From: Oculina patagonica
Lineage: Eukaryota
Direction: 5' to 3'
NCBI RefSeq assembly: GCF_052425735.1
Contig: NC_135761.1
Location: forward strand, 8,494,001-8,558,000
Length of the DNA stretch: 64,000 bases
The notes beneath the pieces were generated by a model. That model saw nothing but the letters and a program-made list of their open reading frames with translations. It ran no database searches and was not told the origin of the DNA. The position numbers and the translations under genes were made by a program. Positions 1 through 11,964 of this stretch are shown here, piece by piece; positions within the stretch are counted from its first letter, which is position 1; each line of letters begins with the position of its first letter.

Positions 1-495
1 CTGTTACATATGGCAGCTTACTCCCTAAGCGTGTTACACCAATTTTTTTTTTTTTAAATTGTGCTGGCGTTAAATGTCACCCAATTTATGAAAACCGGCT
101 TTTGACACAGCCTCATCCATCATGGTAACCGATACCGATTTCCTCGGTATAGGCGATATGATGAGCGTTAATTTAATTTGGTGAATTTTAATCAGTAAAC
201 GCTATTTGTGTTACTGAGATAATGGAAAAAGTCACGTCACAAACGATGTGCCTTCCAATTTTAAATTAGCCTGAATTTCAGCCGTCTGTTACATATGGCA
301 GCTTACTCCCTAAGCGTGTTACACCAATTTTTTTTTTTTTTTAAATTGTGCTGGCGTTAAATGTCACCCAATTTATGAAAACCGTCTTTTGACACAGCCT
401 CATCCATCATGGTAACCGATACCGATTTCCTCGGTATAGGCGATATGATGAGCGTTAATTTAATTTGGTGAATTTTAATCAGTAAACGCTATTTG
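1..495. repeat. Tandem duplication, ~285-bp period (1-208 repeated at 286-495)
   Basis: 1-208 recurs almost identically at 286-495; the inverted paralog near 52568-52853 has one copy only. Confidence 0.9.
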
Positions 496-1304
496 CTTGC
501 TCGGCTTCAGTTTGCAATTCACGAAAACCCAATGGTCGCAGGATGTCTTTCTAATTTTCTTCAGCATATTATTTGGATGCGCTAAGAAGTTTTTTTTAAT
601 TAAATTTGCAAACTCTCTTTGTATACATTGAGCCTCGATATTGAAAATAAATTGTTAATAAATATTACTGTATACAGAATCGCTTAAAATAGCTGTAGTG
701 AGTCACTCCGAAAAGTTTTAAAATTAATTTACACGTTATTGCACACGTCCTTAAGCCTGACAAGTGCTGACAATGTTTGTTAATTTCCAAATTGCTTTGA
801 TCAAAGATGATTTATATTCGCACGTACTTTCCATTTCACTAACAAATTATTTAAAATCTAATTGAATTAATCACTCTTAAATAAATGTTTGTTTTTTTCA
901 GCTTTTTCTTTATTACAAATTAGATTGCTGTAAAAAGGGCGTCGTCGAATGAGATCACACTGGGTATTTCACATCCAAACTTGAGATAATTCTTAGCTTG
1001 TACGCTTGTACGCTTTGCTTGTACTGGTTTAAAAAACTCGATTAACAGTTGATTTAAAACGTTTGGCCAAAATGGTAATTTTTACTCTTTGATCTGACGT
1101 CAAAACATGTACATACGGTCAAAGATCCTTTTCTTTGTACGCCATGAAACTTTGGAACGACCTACCTTTTTTATAACAAACAGTCTAAGAGCATAGCGTT
1201 TTTTAAAAAAAGAACCTTAAAACATTTCTTTTTTGTAATAAGGGTCTTGATAGCACAAGTGTTGCAAATATTTTTAAAAACACAACAACGCTTTTCAGTT
1301 TTCG

Positions 1305-1338
1305 GAACATGTTTCGATGTTTCAAACATCATCATCAG
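1305..1338 (-). ncRNA. Minimal hammerhead-like motif in a Penelope-like terminal fragment
   Basis: Minus strand CTGATGA-T-GATGTT-TGA-AACATC-GAAAC-ATGTTC; stem I weak. Mirror copy at 51725-51758 (+). Confidence 0.55.
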
Positions 1339-1863
1339 CCATAATGAATATATAAGGTTTACAGTATGATCGTTATTATATATGTAACAGCCTATACAAT
1401 GAGCCTTTATAAATTCAAATTCAACAGGTGTTTAAGGCTAGCTATATATTAAGGCTAGTTATTCACTGTCCATTTTTTGGCCTTCGTTCATAAAGCAGTT
1501 CAAGACATTGTTAAAATAACACGTGCACCCTTCGCTCTAGCTCCGCAACCAACTGTAGCTACGTTGTAGTTGCAACCGGAGATCATCTCTTTAATACCAT
1601 ACCTAGCACCATGCAAGACCAATGATTTTTGCATGTGAACTTTATTTTCTTATAGATCAAGCCTATAAAGATTTTTTTTTTAATTTTTAGCAGTTCTAGT
1701 TTTAAGAATAAATATCAACGCTAAAAGTACATGACGTTTCGGCGACGACATGTCACCATTATCAAATGCAAATTTTACATAGTACATAACGATATTTATG
1801 GAAAAGAAAGTGTGAAACTAAATTACAATAAATGAGGCGTGGAAAACAGAAAAATGTGCATAA

Positions 1864-1927
1864 TTAAGTAAACAGTTTCGCTGGAATGGAGTCCTTTTGA
1901 GTGTTCAGGGATGGTTTCTTTTTCCTA
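1864..1927 (-). pseudogene. C-terminal tail of the PLE GIY-YIG endonuclease (RKKKPSLNTQKDSIPAKLFT*)
   Basis: Joins in frame to ...YEMLLI at 9735 when 1928-9733 is removed; typical PLE end motif PsLNxQxDSixAKLF. Confidence 0.85.
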
Positions 1928-2325
1928 ACAAGAAGCTTGAGAAGCTTGAGAAGCTTAAAATCGGGCGCTTAATAATTAGCTATCTGTTTTGACTTGAAAA
2001 GCAGGGTACAGTACAGTAAAAATCACTGGAAAAACAGTCACTTAAACCTATTCAGGCCGGGAGGGGGGGGGGGAGCTTTTGAGGCCCGCGCTGACTTTGG
2101 ACGCTTATAACTTTTTCAAGATTCAACCAAACGCTGCCAAACTTTGCGCGTTTATCTAAAATTTATCTCGCAATAATCTGGTAGGATTAGTTATTGTGCC
2201 AGTAACTTGAAATCACCATGGCAACGTCATTTTGACAGGCTTGTTTTCCCAAATGTGAATTTTTCGTGTTTCTATTTAATAATGAAAATTCTGGAATGTT
2301 TACAAGATTGCATTATAATTACTTA

Positions 2326-2840
2326 GGGCCTGTTTACAAGCAGGTAGGGTAACCGTAGGTGCTAGGGTTATCCTAGCAAGAGGGTTACAAGATAGCCCGG
2401 GTTTACAAGCAAAATTCGCAGGTAGGGTAACCCTACTTACCCGGGTCAACTTACACCGGTTACGCTTCAGTTAACCTTGTAAAATTTTGTCGTTAGAAGC
2501 TGTTATTCGAAAACAATTCCGTTCCAGTGCAAAAATACGACAAATTGTGAATGAACACGATGTTTCTTGGTCACAATTCGCTGTTTTTGTCGGTATTTTT
2601 AAACATATTTAGCTTCTTGGAGCCAAAATAAAGTTGTCCCGGGTAGGCGAGTTATCCCTAGCAGAGCGTTTACAAGGCGCTAGGGTTACCCTAGCACCTA
2701 GGGTAACCCTAGCACTCAGCTAGGGTTACCCTAGGTGCTAGGGTAACCCTAGCGCCTTGTAAACACGTCGATGAAAATAAGAAGAAATGTGGGAGCGCTA
2801 GGGTAACCCTCCTGCTAGGGTAACCCTAGCACCTAGGGTA
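2326..2840. mobile_element. Truncated MITE with GGGCCTGTTTACA terminus and palindromic GGGTAACCCTAG repeats (PIF/Harbinger-like)
   Basis: TTA-GGGCCTGTTTACAAG start; many CTAGGGTAACCCTAG units; right end missing. Lies within a piggyBac-like end (TTAA-ACCTATTCAGG) beginning ~2042. Confidence 0.5.
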
Positions 2841-4039
2841 TTAATGACATAATGGTCTCAATTTATAAAAATATATTTCGCACAATACAAATAAACGATT
2901 GAACTAGACGTCTAGAAGATATAAATTTGTAACACTTAGCAAAGTGCAGCCTTTTCGCAATACTTAATAAAGGCGGGGTTTTACCTGAAGACCAATTTTT
3001 CCAACGCTTTAGGTGGCTGACGCATTTCTCCTAATCAGGTAACTACTATTGTCAAGAAAATGATCACAACTTTTTGACCAATGATTAGGTATTTGTTTCA
3101 TACCATTACTGTAATAGCAACTGGTGAAGAATAGTAGTACTGACTTAAAGTATAAGGGCTGGAAAACACTGAAAACCATTTCAGCCGCGTTTCAAGGATT
3201 CCAAAAAAGCTTTAATTATCCCATATATATTTGTTTTGCAGTATTTTGTTAATTTTTGGACGATTTTGGGGGATGTCTGGGAGGCGATAGTTTTTCTCAA
3301 AGGATTAGTAAAATTTAGACAAATAAGAAATATTGGAGATTTAATGTGATTTTAAAATTTAAATTTGAAGTTAAAAATTGGTGGACGGACACCAAACAGT
3401 CTCCTGACAACCCGGAGTGCTCTTGCGAGGGGGTCAACTGTTTGGAGGTGTTTCCATTCTTTTCTTCAATCCCTTCTTTAAATCTCTTAAAGTTCCATTC
3501 AAATTCAGGTAGAACCCCACCTTAAGTTTTGTTCTTGTGAGAAAACAACAGAAGTCAAAGGTTGCGTGATATAACCAAGCATGGATTTTAATTCTCCCTC
3601 CCTTTCCATCTCCTTAGCCTTTCACCCCCACCTGTCCCTCCCTTTCTACTCTCATTCAATTTAATGTTTGTTTACATTTCCTAACCAATTCAGTATCGTA
3701 CTAATCTGTGCCAAGCAACCAGATAATGACAGAAATTTGCCTTAATTTTGATCTCCCATACCAAGACCTTAGAGTATAAACCGCTAATAAAACAAAACAC
3801 ACTTGATAATAATTATCTGAGGTTATACACCTTGCAGTATTAACGTACTAACGAACTTGATAACAAACCCCATGTCGTACTAAGGATTTTTACTGATCAA
3901 CATAGAAAATAAGTTCACAATGGTTTGTTCCCAAAACGTTTTTTACTGTACAGAGGGTCTGTATATTGACCTGTAACTTGTATACCGTATTGAAAACTTC
4001 AGAACGAACCGACTTCTGCCCGCTACCATGATATCATGT

Positions 4040-5421
4040 TGAAAAATTAGCTCGTTCGAAACCGTAGTAAAATCGTTAGAGACAGACAAGATACAGCCGT
4101 TTACTGGTAGTCTTTGAAAATCCTGAATTTCGTCAAAATGAGCCAAAATAAAGTTTTAAAATTTCCTTTATCAATATGGTTCTTATCTTTTAATTCAATT
4201 CTATGAACTGCTTTTATGCAGTACTGTCCACAAAGATTTCAATTTCCTCAAAGTTTCGGGACAAATGGATACAAAATATTTCGTGCAGAATGTAATTTGA
4301 TTAAGCGAATGTTTTCGCGTCTATAAATACTCCAAGCAGTGAATGGAAAACCGTTTTGTTTTAATCGATGAGTACCACTTTCAAATAGTTATAATCCATA
4401 AAAAATAACAATCAGATCAGAATACAATAATTATTAATGTAAGGTCTCGCTATTATGTCTCGGCAGAGATACTTCTTTTTGCAAGTTCAAATGTATGCAA
4501 ATTTCGTGTGAAATGTAATTCGATTCCATTGTCTTGTTTACAAAGTCTTTCTTAAGAAAGTTGTATTTTCGTGAATAAAACCCATTGGCCTGTTTTGTTT
4601 TCCTGATCATGTTTGTCTGTGATTTTTACAAAACATGTGGTCTTTTTTTTCGGAACTTTAAGTTGTACAAAAATTCCTATTTTGAACACAGATGTCACTT
4701 CCGGAATTTCTCATCTAAAATTCAATTGGTATTTAATTATAATTATTCGAAGTTTTCATTTTCGAGTCATCTTTTCATTCGATAGCATTACTGATCTCGT
4801 AAAAAATTCCATTCAAGTTCACACCAATACTGTACATTGCCAATGTTTTGCTGACGTCTTGAGAAGTGTCTTACTAACGTCACTAGTCAAATCTAAAATA
4901 TATCCAAACCAAGTTGTGCAAACATTCTACTCTTTGTGACAGGCGACTTTGACGCCCAACTGTGCGGAAATGAAAATCGACATACTTCTTGCTAAATATA
5001 TAAAAAATAGTTTTAAAGTGGAGTCCGCCTCAAAAAAATGTACCGCCAGATCACACTGCTATTTGTAGAAACCAGCAAAGCGTCTAGTTTCAAAGTTTCC
5101 CACAAAAACATTGCGTGACATGAATGACGTTACCCCTTTTATTTACAAAAATAGCTTCAACTTGTCAAAGCAACTACAGTTTCACAATGGTGATTATTAG
5201 TACTTTACCCGTTAAGCTTTTTTCTCTGTCCTCCCGCCGAAGCAAAGAAGAGAATCAGATTGCAGATTAGCCCAAAAGTCGACCCAGTGTTCCTACAACG
5301 ATTTACTGTCAAAACTGAAATGAAACCGATTGGCCCAGGCTATCCCCGTCATTTTTAGCCGACAGAAGACTATCGTCTAGGACGACCAAAGGGTAAACTA
5401 TAAATCGGCCACGCCCGATTA
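4040..5421. repeat. Diverged direct duplicate of 7515-9733 including a second HINE 5' terminus
   Basis: Colinear but clearly diverged similarity once the 8427-9479 MITE is removed; both copies end in CCAAAGGGTAAACTATAAATCGGCCACGCCCGATTAA. Confidence 0.85.
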
Positions 5422-6429
5422 ATAAGTCCTTGACGGTTCTTGTCGTTTTTCGGTGCCTATTCATCTTCGGCATCTTTCTCATCCACCTCTCGTTCTGTCC
5501 TGTGTCTGTCATCACACGAAAGAAAAGCTGATTCTCAAAAAATCTGCCACAAAAGGAAATTGACAAAAACAATATGACAACCATATATCGAAAGTTTCTT
5601 ATTCTAAAATTTTATCATACGTCTTAATTCAGAGCTACAAAGAAGTTCCTCCTTTTGAGTTATTGATACTGTTCTTACAGTACCTCTTTCCACTAGCGAA
5701 ATTTTACAAAATTCCTTCGCGGCGAAAAGGTAGCGCGAATCCAGAACAGACTCCAATCGAGAGTGGGTTAATTCTAGATTACTATTAATTAACTATTACA
5801 ACATTCATTTTTAAAATAGTTTCCCAAGCCGACTAAGCTAACTAAACGTCGAGTGTATCTTTCAGTAAACGGGTGACCCTATTCGGCGGAATGGCGGAAT
5901 GATGGAATGGCACGGCGGAATGGCGGAATGGCGGAATATCCTAAAACGCGGAATGACGGAAAATCCTAAAATGCGGAATGCGGAATATCCTAAAACGCGG
6001 AATTGTGAAACATTAAAAAAAGAAGCAACAACAGCAACAAAAACAAACAAAAGGAAAATTATAACTGCTAACTTTCTCAGACGACGATTAAGGGTAAGAA
6101 TGTCGCTAAGAATGATTCAAGTACTTAAACTTGTGGATATTCGTCGCTGTGACAGAAAAGCCAACTTGTTTACAGCGGCTGCTAGCAGTAGAAAACCAGA
6201 AAACAGTAAATATAACCCATAGACGAAAGGTTCTTTATATATCTTCTTAATCCTTCGAAGGATACTCGAGCGCATCGTGATCGAGGGAGGATTTCGTTAT
6301 TTTACAGAGTTCTTGTCCCGCTCGAGACAATGAACGTATAAAGCCGATGTACGCTAACGAAGCCGTTAGAAAGAAAACGAAAGGGCCTGAAATTAACTGA
6401 GTTTGTACTGAGAAATTAAAAAAAAGGAA

Positions 6430-6546
6430 ATCCACAACAAGGGGTTTCCAGATGGTCACCCATCCAAGTACTAACCCCGCCCAACAGGGCTTAACTTTGG
6501 CGATCGGATGAGAACCGTTGTTTTCCATGTGGTATCAGAAAGAGCG
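6430..6546 (-). rRNA. 5S rRNA-derived unit (divergent/pseudogene) in left TIR
   Basis: Minus strand ATACCAC...GGTTCTCATCCGATC...AGTTAAGC...TTAGTACTTGGATGGGTGACC followed by oligo-T; 5' helix I degenerate. Confidence 0.8.
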
Positions 6547-6656
6547 CGTAAATCAGCTTATAACAGTGTAAATCCACTTAAATCATCGTTCAAAAGATCC
6601 ATTATAACCAGGTGTTTCTGTTCTTTATTTGCACGACTCTTGTAAGTCTTTGCTTC

Positions 6657-6773
6657 GTCTGGGACTGATACCACAAGGAAAGCACTGGTTCTCGTCTGAT
6701 CGCCAAAGTTAAGCCCTGTTGGGCGGGGTTAGTACTTGGATGGGTGACCATCTGGAAACCCCTTGTTGTGGAT
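6657..6773 (+). rRNA. 5S rRNA-derived unit (near full length, divergent) in right TIR
   Basis: 117 nt colinear with metazoan 5S; A-box AGTTAAGC and C-box TGGATGGGTGACC intact; T-run terminator from ~6778. Confidence 0.85.
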
Positions 6774-8426
6774 TTCCTTTTTTTTTTAATTTCTCAGTAC
6801 AAACTCAGTTAATTTCAGGCCCTTTCGTTTTCTTTCTAACGGCTTCGTTAGCGTACATCGGCTTTATACGTTCATTGTCTCGAGCGGGACAAGAACTCTG
6901 TAAAATAACGAAATCCTCCCTCGATCACGATGCGCTCGAGTATCCTTCGAAGGATTAAGAAGATATATAAAGAACATTTCGTCTATGGGTTATATTTACT
7001 GTTTTCTGGTTTTCTACTGCTAGCAGCCGCTGTAAACAAGTTGGCTTTTCTGTCACAGCGACGAATATCCACAAGTTAAAGTACCTGAATCATTCTTAGC
7101 GACATTCTTACCCTTAATCGTCGTCTGAAAAAGTTAGTAGTTATAATTTTCCTTTTGTTTGTTTTTGTTGCTGTTGTTGCTTCTTTTTTAATGTTTCACA
7201 ATTCCGCGTTTTAGGATATTCCGGCATTCCGCGTTTTAGGATTTTCCGTCATTCCGCGTTTTAGGATATTCCGCCATTCCGCCGTGCCGTTCCGTCATTC
7301 CGCCATTCCACCGAATAGGGTCACCCCAGTAAACAAAACATGCCGTTATGACGCTGGAAATCCAGCTCACGCATACTATACCCCGTGACTCACGCAAACC
7401 TCCGACTTACGTGCTACTACAGTCATTCCTTTCTAAACATTTTTTTTTGACCACCACCGTACCTTTCTACCCAAAAAACTCATGAAACCGCCCGGTTTTA
7501 ACCTGTTTTAACCTTTCAAAAATTAGAGCGTTCGAAACTAAATAAGATCCGTAATCACAAACAACATACAGCCGTTTACCAGCACTCTTTAAAACTCCTG
7601 AAACCCTTCAAAATCAGGCAAAATAAATCTTTGAAATAACCTTTATCAATGTTTCTTATTTTTTATTCAGTTCTATAAAATGCCTTTCATACACTACTGT
7701 CAAACAAAAATTTCAATTTCCTCAAAGTTTCAAGACAAAAGAATAACAAATATTTCGTGCACAATGTAATTTGATTAAGCCAATATTATCACGTCTAAAA
7801 ATACTTCAAGCAATTCAGTGAAAACCCGTTTTTTTTTCGTATCAACGAAAACCACTTTCGAATAATCAATACATGAAAATAACAATAAGATCAAAAGGAA
7901 GAAAGGAACCTTTCTAATTATTTGAAGACTTTCAAAGCCGTGATATTATGCATCCAATCCGCGATAAAATTTAATTACAACAAAATCCAAGTTCTCATTT
8001 TGAAGTCCATTTTTTTCAGTTGATACCTTTATCCAACTTGTGAAAAATTCCATTCAAGTTCCTATTAATACTGTACATTCCCAATGTTTTGCTCAGGTCT
8101 TCAGAAGCGTCTTACTAACCAAATCTAAAATAATTCCAAAACATGCTGTACAAACATTCTACTCTTTGTGACAAACGACTTGACGACCAATTGTTCAGAA
8201 ATGAAAATCGACACAGTTCTTGCTAAATAAAAAAAAAGTTTTACGGCGGAGTCAGGCTCAAAAAATATACCGCAAGATCACACCCCCATTCATAGTCAGA
8301 AACCAGCAAACCATCTAGTTTGCTAAAAAAAACACTGCGTGACATCAATGACGTTACCTTTTTCATTTACAAAAATAACTTTAACTTGTCAAAGTAAGTG
8401 CAATTTCACAATGGTGAATATCAGTA

Positions 8427-9479
8427 CAGTATGGGGCCCAGTTCTCGGCCGGGTCCAGTTCTCGGCCACTTTGTGTTTAACGCGTTTTTTCACACTCCAG
8501 TTGAATTAAAAGAAAAAGGTATTTCCTTCAAACGATAGACTGATTCATGTGCTTTAAGTATCTTGAGTTTGATCGTTCAATTCGATATAGAAAGCTCACA
8601 CGTCGAGTTTACGCGGAGGTAGGTGAATTTGCATTCCCGAAAAATTTGTTTGTTTACGGCTCCTTAAAATTCATGGATGTAGTTAAATTCGTATTTTATC
8701 CAAAAGCCCCCACCATACGAGCTAATTTTTGGCATGTGAAACGTAGAATAATTCAGCTTTCTGCTTTAGTTAACTTTTCGTTGAACCGTTGTATTTTTTG
8801 GTCTTAATTTACTTCGAATTTTTTTCTTGCGACGTTTGCGTATTTGCCAGTTCTCGGCCACCCTGCTCGCTATCACAGCTTAGCGCTTGGTTTTTAATAT
8901 AATTTCATCTGCTGCTGCCAGAATGAAAGAAATAAATGTTTTAAAAATAAAGTTCAATCTTATCTCTAAGTTTTGAGCTGACTCTTGTCTTGTCTATTAT
9001 TTCTACAACACCTAACTCTTTCAAGACCTTTGCACTGCAAAATAAACCATCTAAATGCATTGGTCACACAATGCGGTTTTGCCAGAACCTGCACATAGGC
9101 AACTAGGCGCGTTAAAATCCTTCTTTTCTAAAGTAAAACAAAGCCTCATAAAAATAATTTGGGATCGATATAACATAAATAGGTTTACAGAGTGATTTTA
9201 TGACTGTGAAAATTAATTGAGCATTTTTTTTACAGATAATTACGCACAAGCTTTTTAGTGGCCGAGAACTGGGCCAAGGTGGCCGAGAACTGGGCCCACA
9301 AATGGAGCTTTTATTTTTATTATTGCTCGGGCAAATTAATTTTTGACCGGTCGATAGCTTTACACCAAAAAGCTGAATAATGTAGCTAGCTCTGGGAGAA
9401 ATTTCAAGTTCCTGCGGTTCTTCTGAGGTAAGAAATACAAGTTTACGTCAAAAGTGGCCGAGAACTGGGCCCCATACTG
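8427..9479. mobile_element. Tc1/mariner-type MITE, TA TSD
   Basis: TIR CAGTATGGGGCCCAGTTCTCGGCC; TA on both sides; empty site AGTACTTT near 5199 in the internal duplicate. Confidence 0.9.
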
Positions 9480-9734
9480 TACTTTGCCCCGTAAGCTTTT
9501 TTCTCTGTCCTTCCGCCGAAGCAAAAAAACACAACCTGATTACACATTAACCCAAAAGTCGACCAAGTGTGCCTGCAACGATTTCCTGTCAAAACTAAAA
9601 TAAAAACCATTGAGGTATGCGTCACCCGTAGCGGTTTTGTAGCAACCCCAAGCTATCCCCGTCTTTTTGGCCGACAGGAGACTATGCTCTAGGACGGCCA
9701 AAGGGTAAACTATAAATCGGCCACGCCCGATTAA

Positions 9735-10005
9735 TTAGGAGCATCTCGTAAATTAGGCACTCAAACTTTCCGCGGCATTTCTTTAGGATGGCAAATTGGC
9801 TGTGAAGGTCGATCGGCTTTTGATTGTGTTGTTCTTGAAGATGTTTACCAATTACGGAGTATCTGTGCTCCTCGATGCGCAGGTGAAGGTGGCGACTCGT
9901 GTAGCCAATATAATTCGCATCGCACGAATTACATTTATATTCATATACTACACTTTGTTGGTTTACTAGAGAGGGCTTTGTTTCCGTAAACTTCAATTCT
10001 TCAGC
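9735..10005 (-). pseudogene. PLE GIY-YIG endonuclease fragment
   Basis: VVYEYKCNSCDANYIGYTSRHLHLRIEEH...FECLIYEMLLI: VVY/YIG motifs, CxxC, and conserved R, H and E. Confidence 0.9.
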
Positions 10006-10029
10006 CTGTCAATTTTAATATTTTCACTT

Positions 10030-10386
10030 AAAACAAAAATGAAAAACAAAGAAAGAAACAAAAACAAAAACGGCTGGTCAAAACAAAATATAAAAACAAA
10101 AAGGAAAAGGAAAAACATTAAAACAGAAATGAAAAACAAAGAAACAAAAACAAAAACGGCTGGTGACCCTTCTGGGCCGTAAATGAAATGAATAAACTAA
10201 AAAAAAAAGGAAAAGGAAAAAAATTAAAACAAAAATGAAAAACAAAGAAAGAAACAAAAACAAAAACGGCTGGTCAAAACAAAATATAAAAACAAAAACA
10301 AAAATGAAAAGGAAAAACATTAAAACAGAAATGAAAAACAAAGAAACAAAAACAAAAACGGCTGGTGACCCTTCTGGGCCGCCGTA
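10030..10386 (-). repeat. A-rich tandem repeats plus one transposon-like terminus (TA-CGGCGGCCCAGAAGGG)
   Basis: Four copies of AAACAAAAACAAAAACGGCTGGT; no partner terminus found. Confidence 0.5.
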
Positions 10387-11059
10387 CATTTGATAATGGT
10401 GACATGTCGTCGCCGAAACGTCATGTACTTTTAGCGTTGATATTTATTCTTAAATGTATTTCAAAATCTTCTGTTATCAGAGTTCTAGTTTTTACATGTA
10501 AATTTCCGTAAATGAATGTGTTTAAACTTCTGTTAAGTCGTTTGCGATTTCTTGCAAGTTGTAATTACCTCTCGGAAAATGCGTATTAGATGTTAGTTCT
10601 TAATCAACTCATTGTGATTGTTAAATATATTGGATGTTACGTTTCTTTTTGTTTTTAGACTTCCCGTATTTTAGACCCTTTGGTTTGCAATTTCAATTTA
10701 GACGGAAGGGTTTTTTTTAAATAGCTTTTCCATCAGGCTAGAATCTTGTCAATTTCACTAAAAGAAAAGTAACTCGGGTCTGTATTCAGCTGAAATTCGT
10801 TCAATAGCCAAAACTGTCATCATTGTTAAAAGCCTCTCATTCTTTCCAATTTTGAAGCCTGTCTTTCACGAATGCGAAGAATTCGTACACAGGAATGCAA
10901 AAAATCTCCTTATATGCTCATGTCACGTGTCTAGACACGTGGTGACACGCAGGAAAAGTGGCTAGTGGCGACTTTCCTACAGGGACGTAAAGGTGACATT
11001 CGCTGGCCACAATTATCACTGGGTTCCTCCCTTGGATACTTACAAAATGATAAAAAAAA

Positions 11060-11131
11060 TTCCCACGACGGGAATCGAACCCGGGCCGCGGCGGTAAGAG
11101 CGCCGAATCCTAACCACTAGACCACGTGGGA
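11060..11131 (-). tRNA. tRNA-Glu body with CTT (Lys) anticodon; T-stem mismatch
   Basis: TCCCACGTGGTCTAGTGGTTAGGATTCGGCG-CT-CTT-AC-CGCCGCGGCCCGGGTTCGATTCCCGTCGTGGGAA followed by a T-run. Confidence 0.9.
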
Positions 11132-11964
11132 TGTGGCGGTTTGAAGAGAATACTTCAAATCAAGTAGTGGATATGTCAAATTAAAAAAAATAGCATTGTT
11201 TAAAAAGTGTTCAAGAACTGAAGTTTACAAAGTAAAAATCTGATATTTCACTCGCATATAGCTAGGGATTAAAGAGCCACATTTTTTAAAGGTTGTCCCG
11301 AAAAATCTAGCTGGTTCAGTAAGGGAAAGAGAAAGAAAGTTAAAAAAGCTGAACAATGGATTTCTAACATTGAAAGAGAAGAGAATGAGCTGATGACACA
11401 GAGAAGCTTCTGGAACACAAATGCAACAAAAATTCTAAAGTTGCTGAATTTAGACTCAGACGACCAGGTACAAGGCAAATTAGCATTTAAAACCAACATT
11501 TCCCGTACTATAGTTTCTCTTCTGTATTAAAAATCCATTTGAAATGAAGCGTGTGTCTTGCCGAATAAAAGAACCTCTTGAGACCTCATACGCAAAACGG
11601 AGCCGTTCATTTCTTTTAAGACTCTATTGTTCTCTTGCAAACGCGAAGCGTTATTTGGTTATTTGCTTAATTTTAATAATAAATAATAATAAATTTTAGT
11701 GACACTTAGATTAAAGTTGACTAAATACTTCAAAGGGACCACCCCGAGTTTTCTTAGAATTTTACAGAAACTTCCAATGAACAGTTAAAATTCTGCTTTG
11801 GTACATCTTCATGTTTTGTTATTGTTTTTGTATTTTGCAACATAAACTTACTACTTGCTAAAAATGGTGAAAATTTAATAAGCGCCCATCCTCGAATAAG
11901 CGCCTACCTCAAATAAGGGCCTATTCTCAAGGTGTATAAATTTAAAAAGCGCCCAAGGCGCTGA

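Larger units (their letters stand above)
5871..7326. mobile_element. Foldback DNA transposon with ~660-bp TIRs and 8-bp TSD (Mutator-like, non-autonomous)
   Basis: TSD CAGTAAAC at 5863-5870 and 7327-7334; termini GGGTGACCCTATTCGG / CCGAATAGGGTCACCC; subterminal GCGGAAT repeats; arms 5871-6538 and 6665-7326; spacer ~126 bp. Confidence 0.92.
1928..9733 (-). mobile_element. Non-autonomous Helentron-type (HINE/DINE-1-like) composite element, ~7.8 kb
   Basis: Minus-strand 5' end T-AATCGGGCG-TGG-CCGATT (subTIR plus partial IR); 3' end CGCCCGATT-TT-AAGCTTCTCAAGCTT...CTTGT (subTIR plus hairpin). Inserted between two T's with no TSD, splitting the PLE ORF. Confidence 0.8.
1704..10480 (-). mobile_element. 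5'-truncated Penelope-like retroelement (PLE) with inverted terminal repeat, hosting nested insertions
   Basis: Absent from the paralogous site (~51360-51380). 12-bp TSD AGTTCTAGTTTT at 1692-1703 and 10481-10492. Perfect ~68-bp inverted repeat (1701-1768 vs ~10387-10454) containing a hammerhead-like TTGATAA...CGAAACGTC motif. GIY-YIG ORF remnant. Confidence 0.9.

Noticed and set aside
1926-1928. TAA target duplication (PIF/Harbinger) for the 1928-9733 insert
   Set aside because: There are no terminal inverted repeats; the subTIR plus hairpin layout fits a Helentron T^T insertion better.
2640-2840. Telomere-like TAACCC/GGGTTA hexamers
   Set aside because: They occur as palindromic GGGTAACCCTAG units within a MITE, not as tandem TTAGGG.
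6247-6958. Paired ORFs 6247..6528 and 6719..6958 with identical C-termini
   Set aside because: A consequence of the inverted repeat overlapping 5S-derived sequence; no protein features.
10078-10389. Phe-rich 103-aa membrane-protein-like ORF
   Set aside because: Translation of an A-rich tandem repeat.
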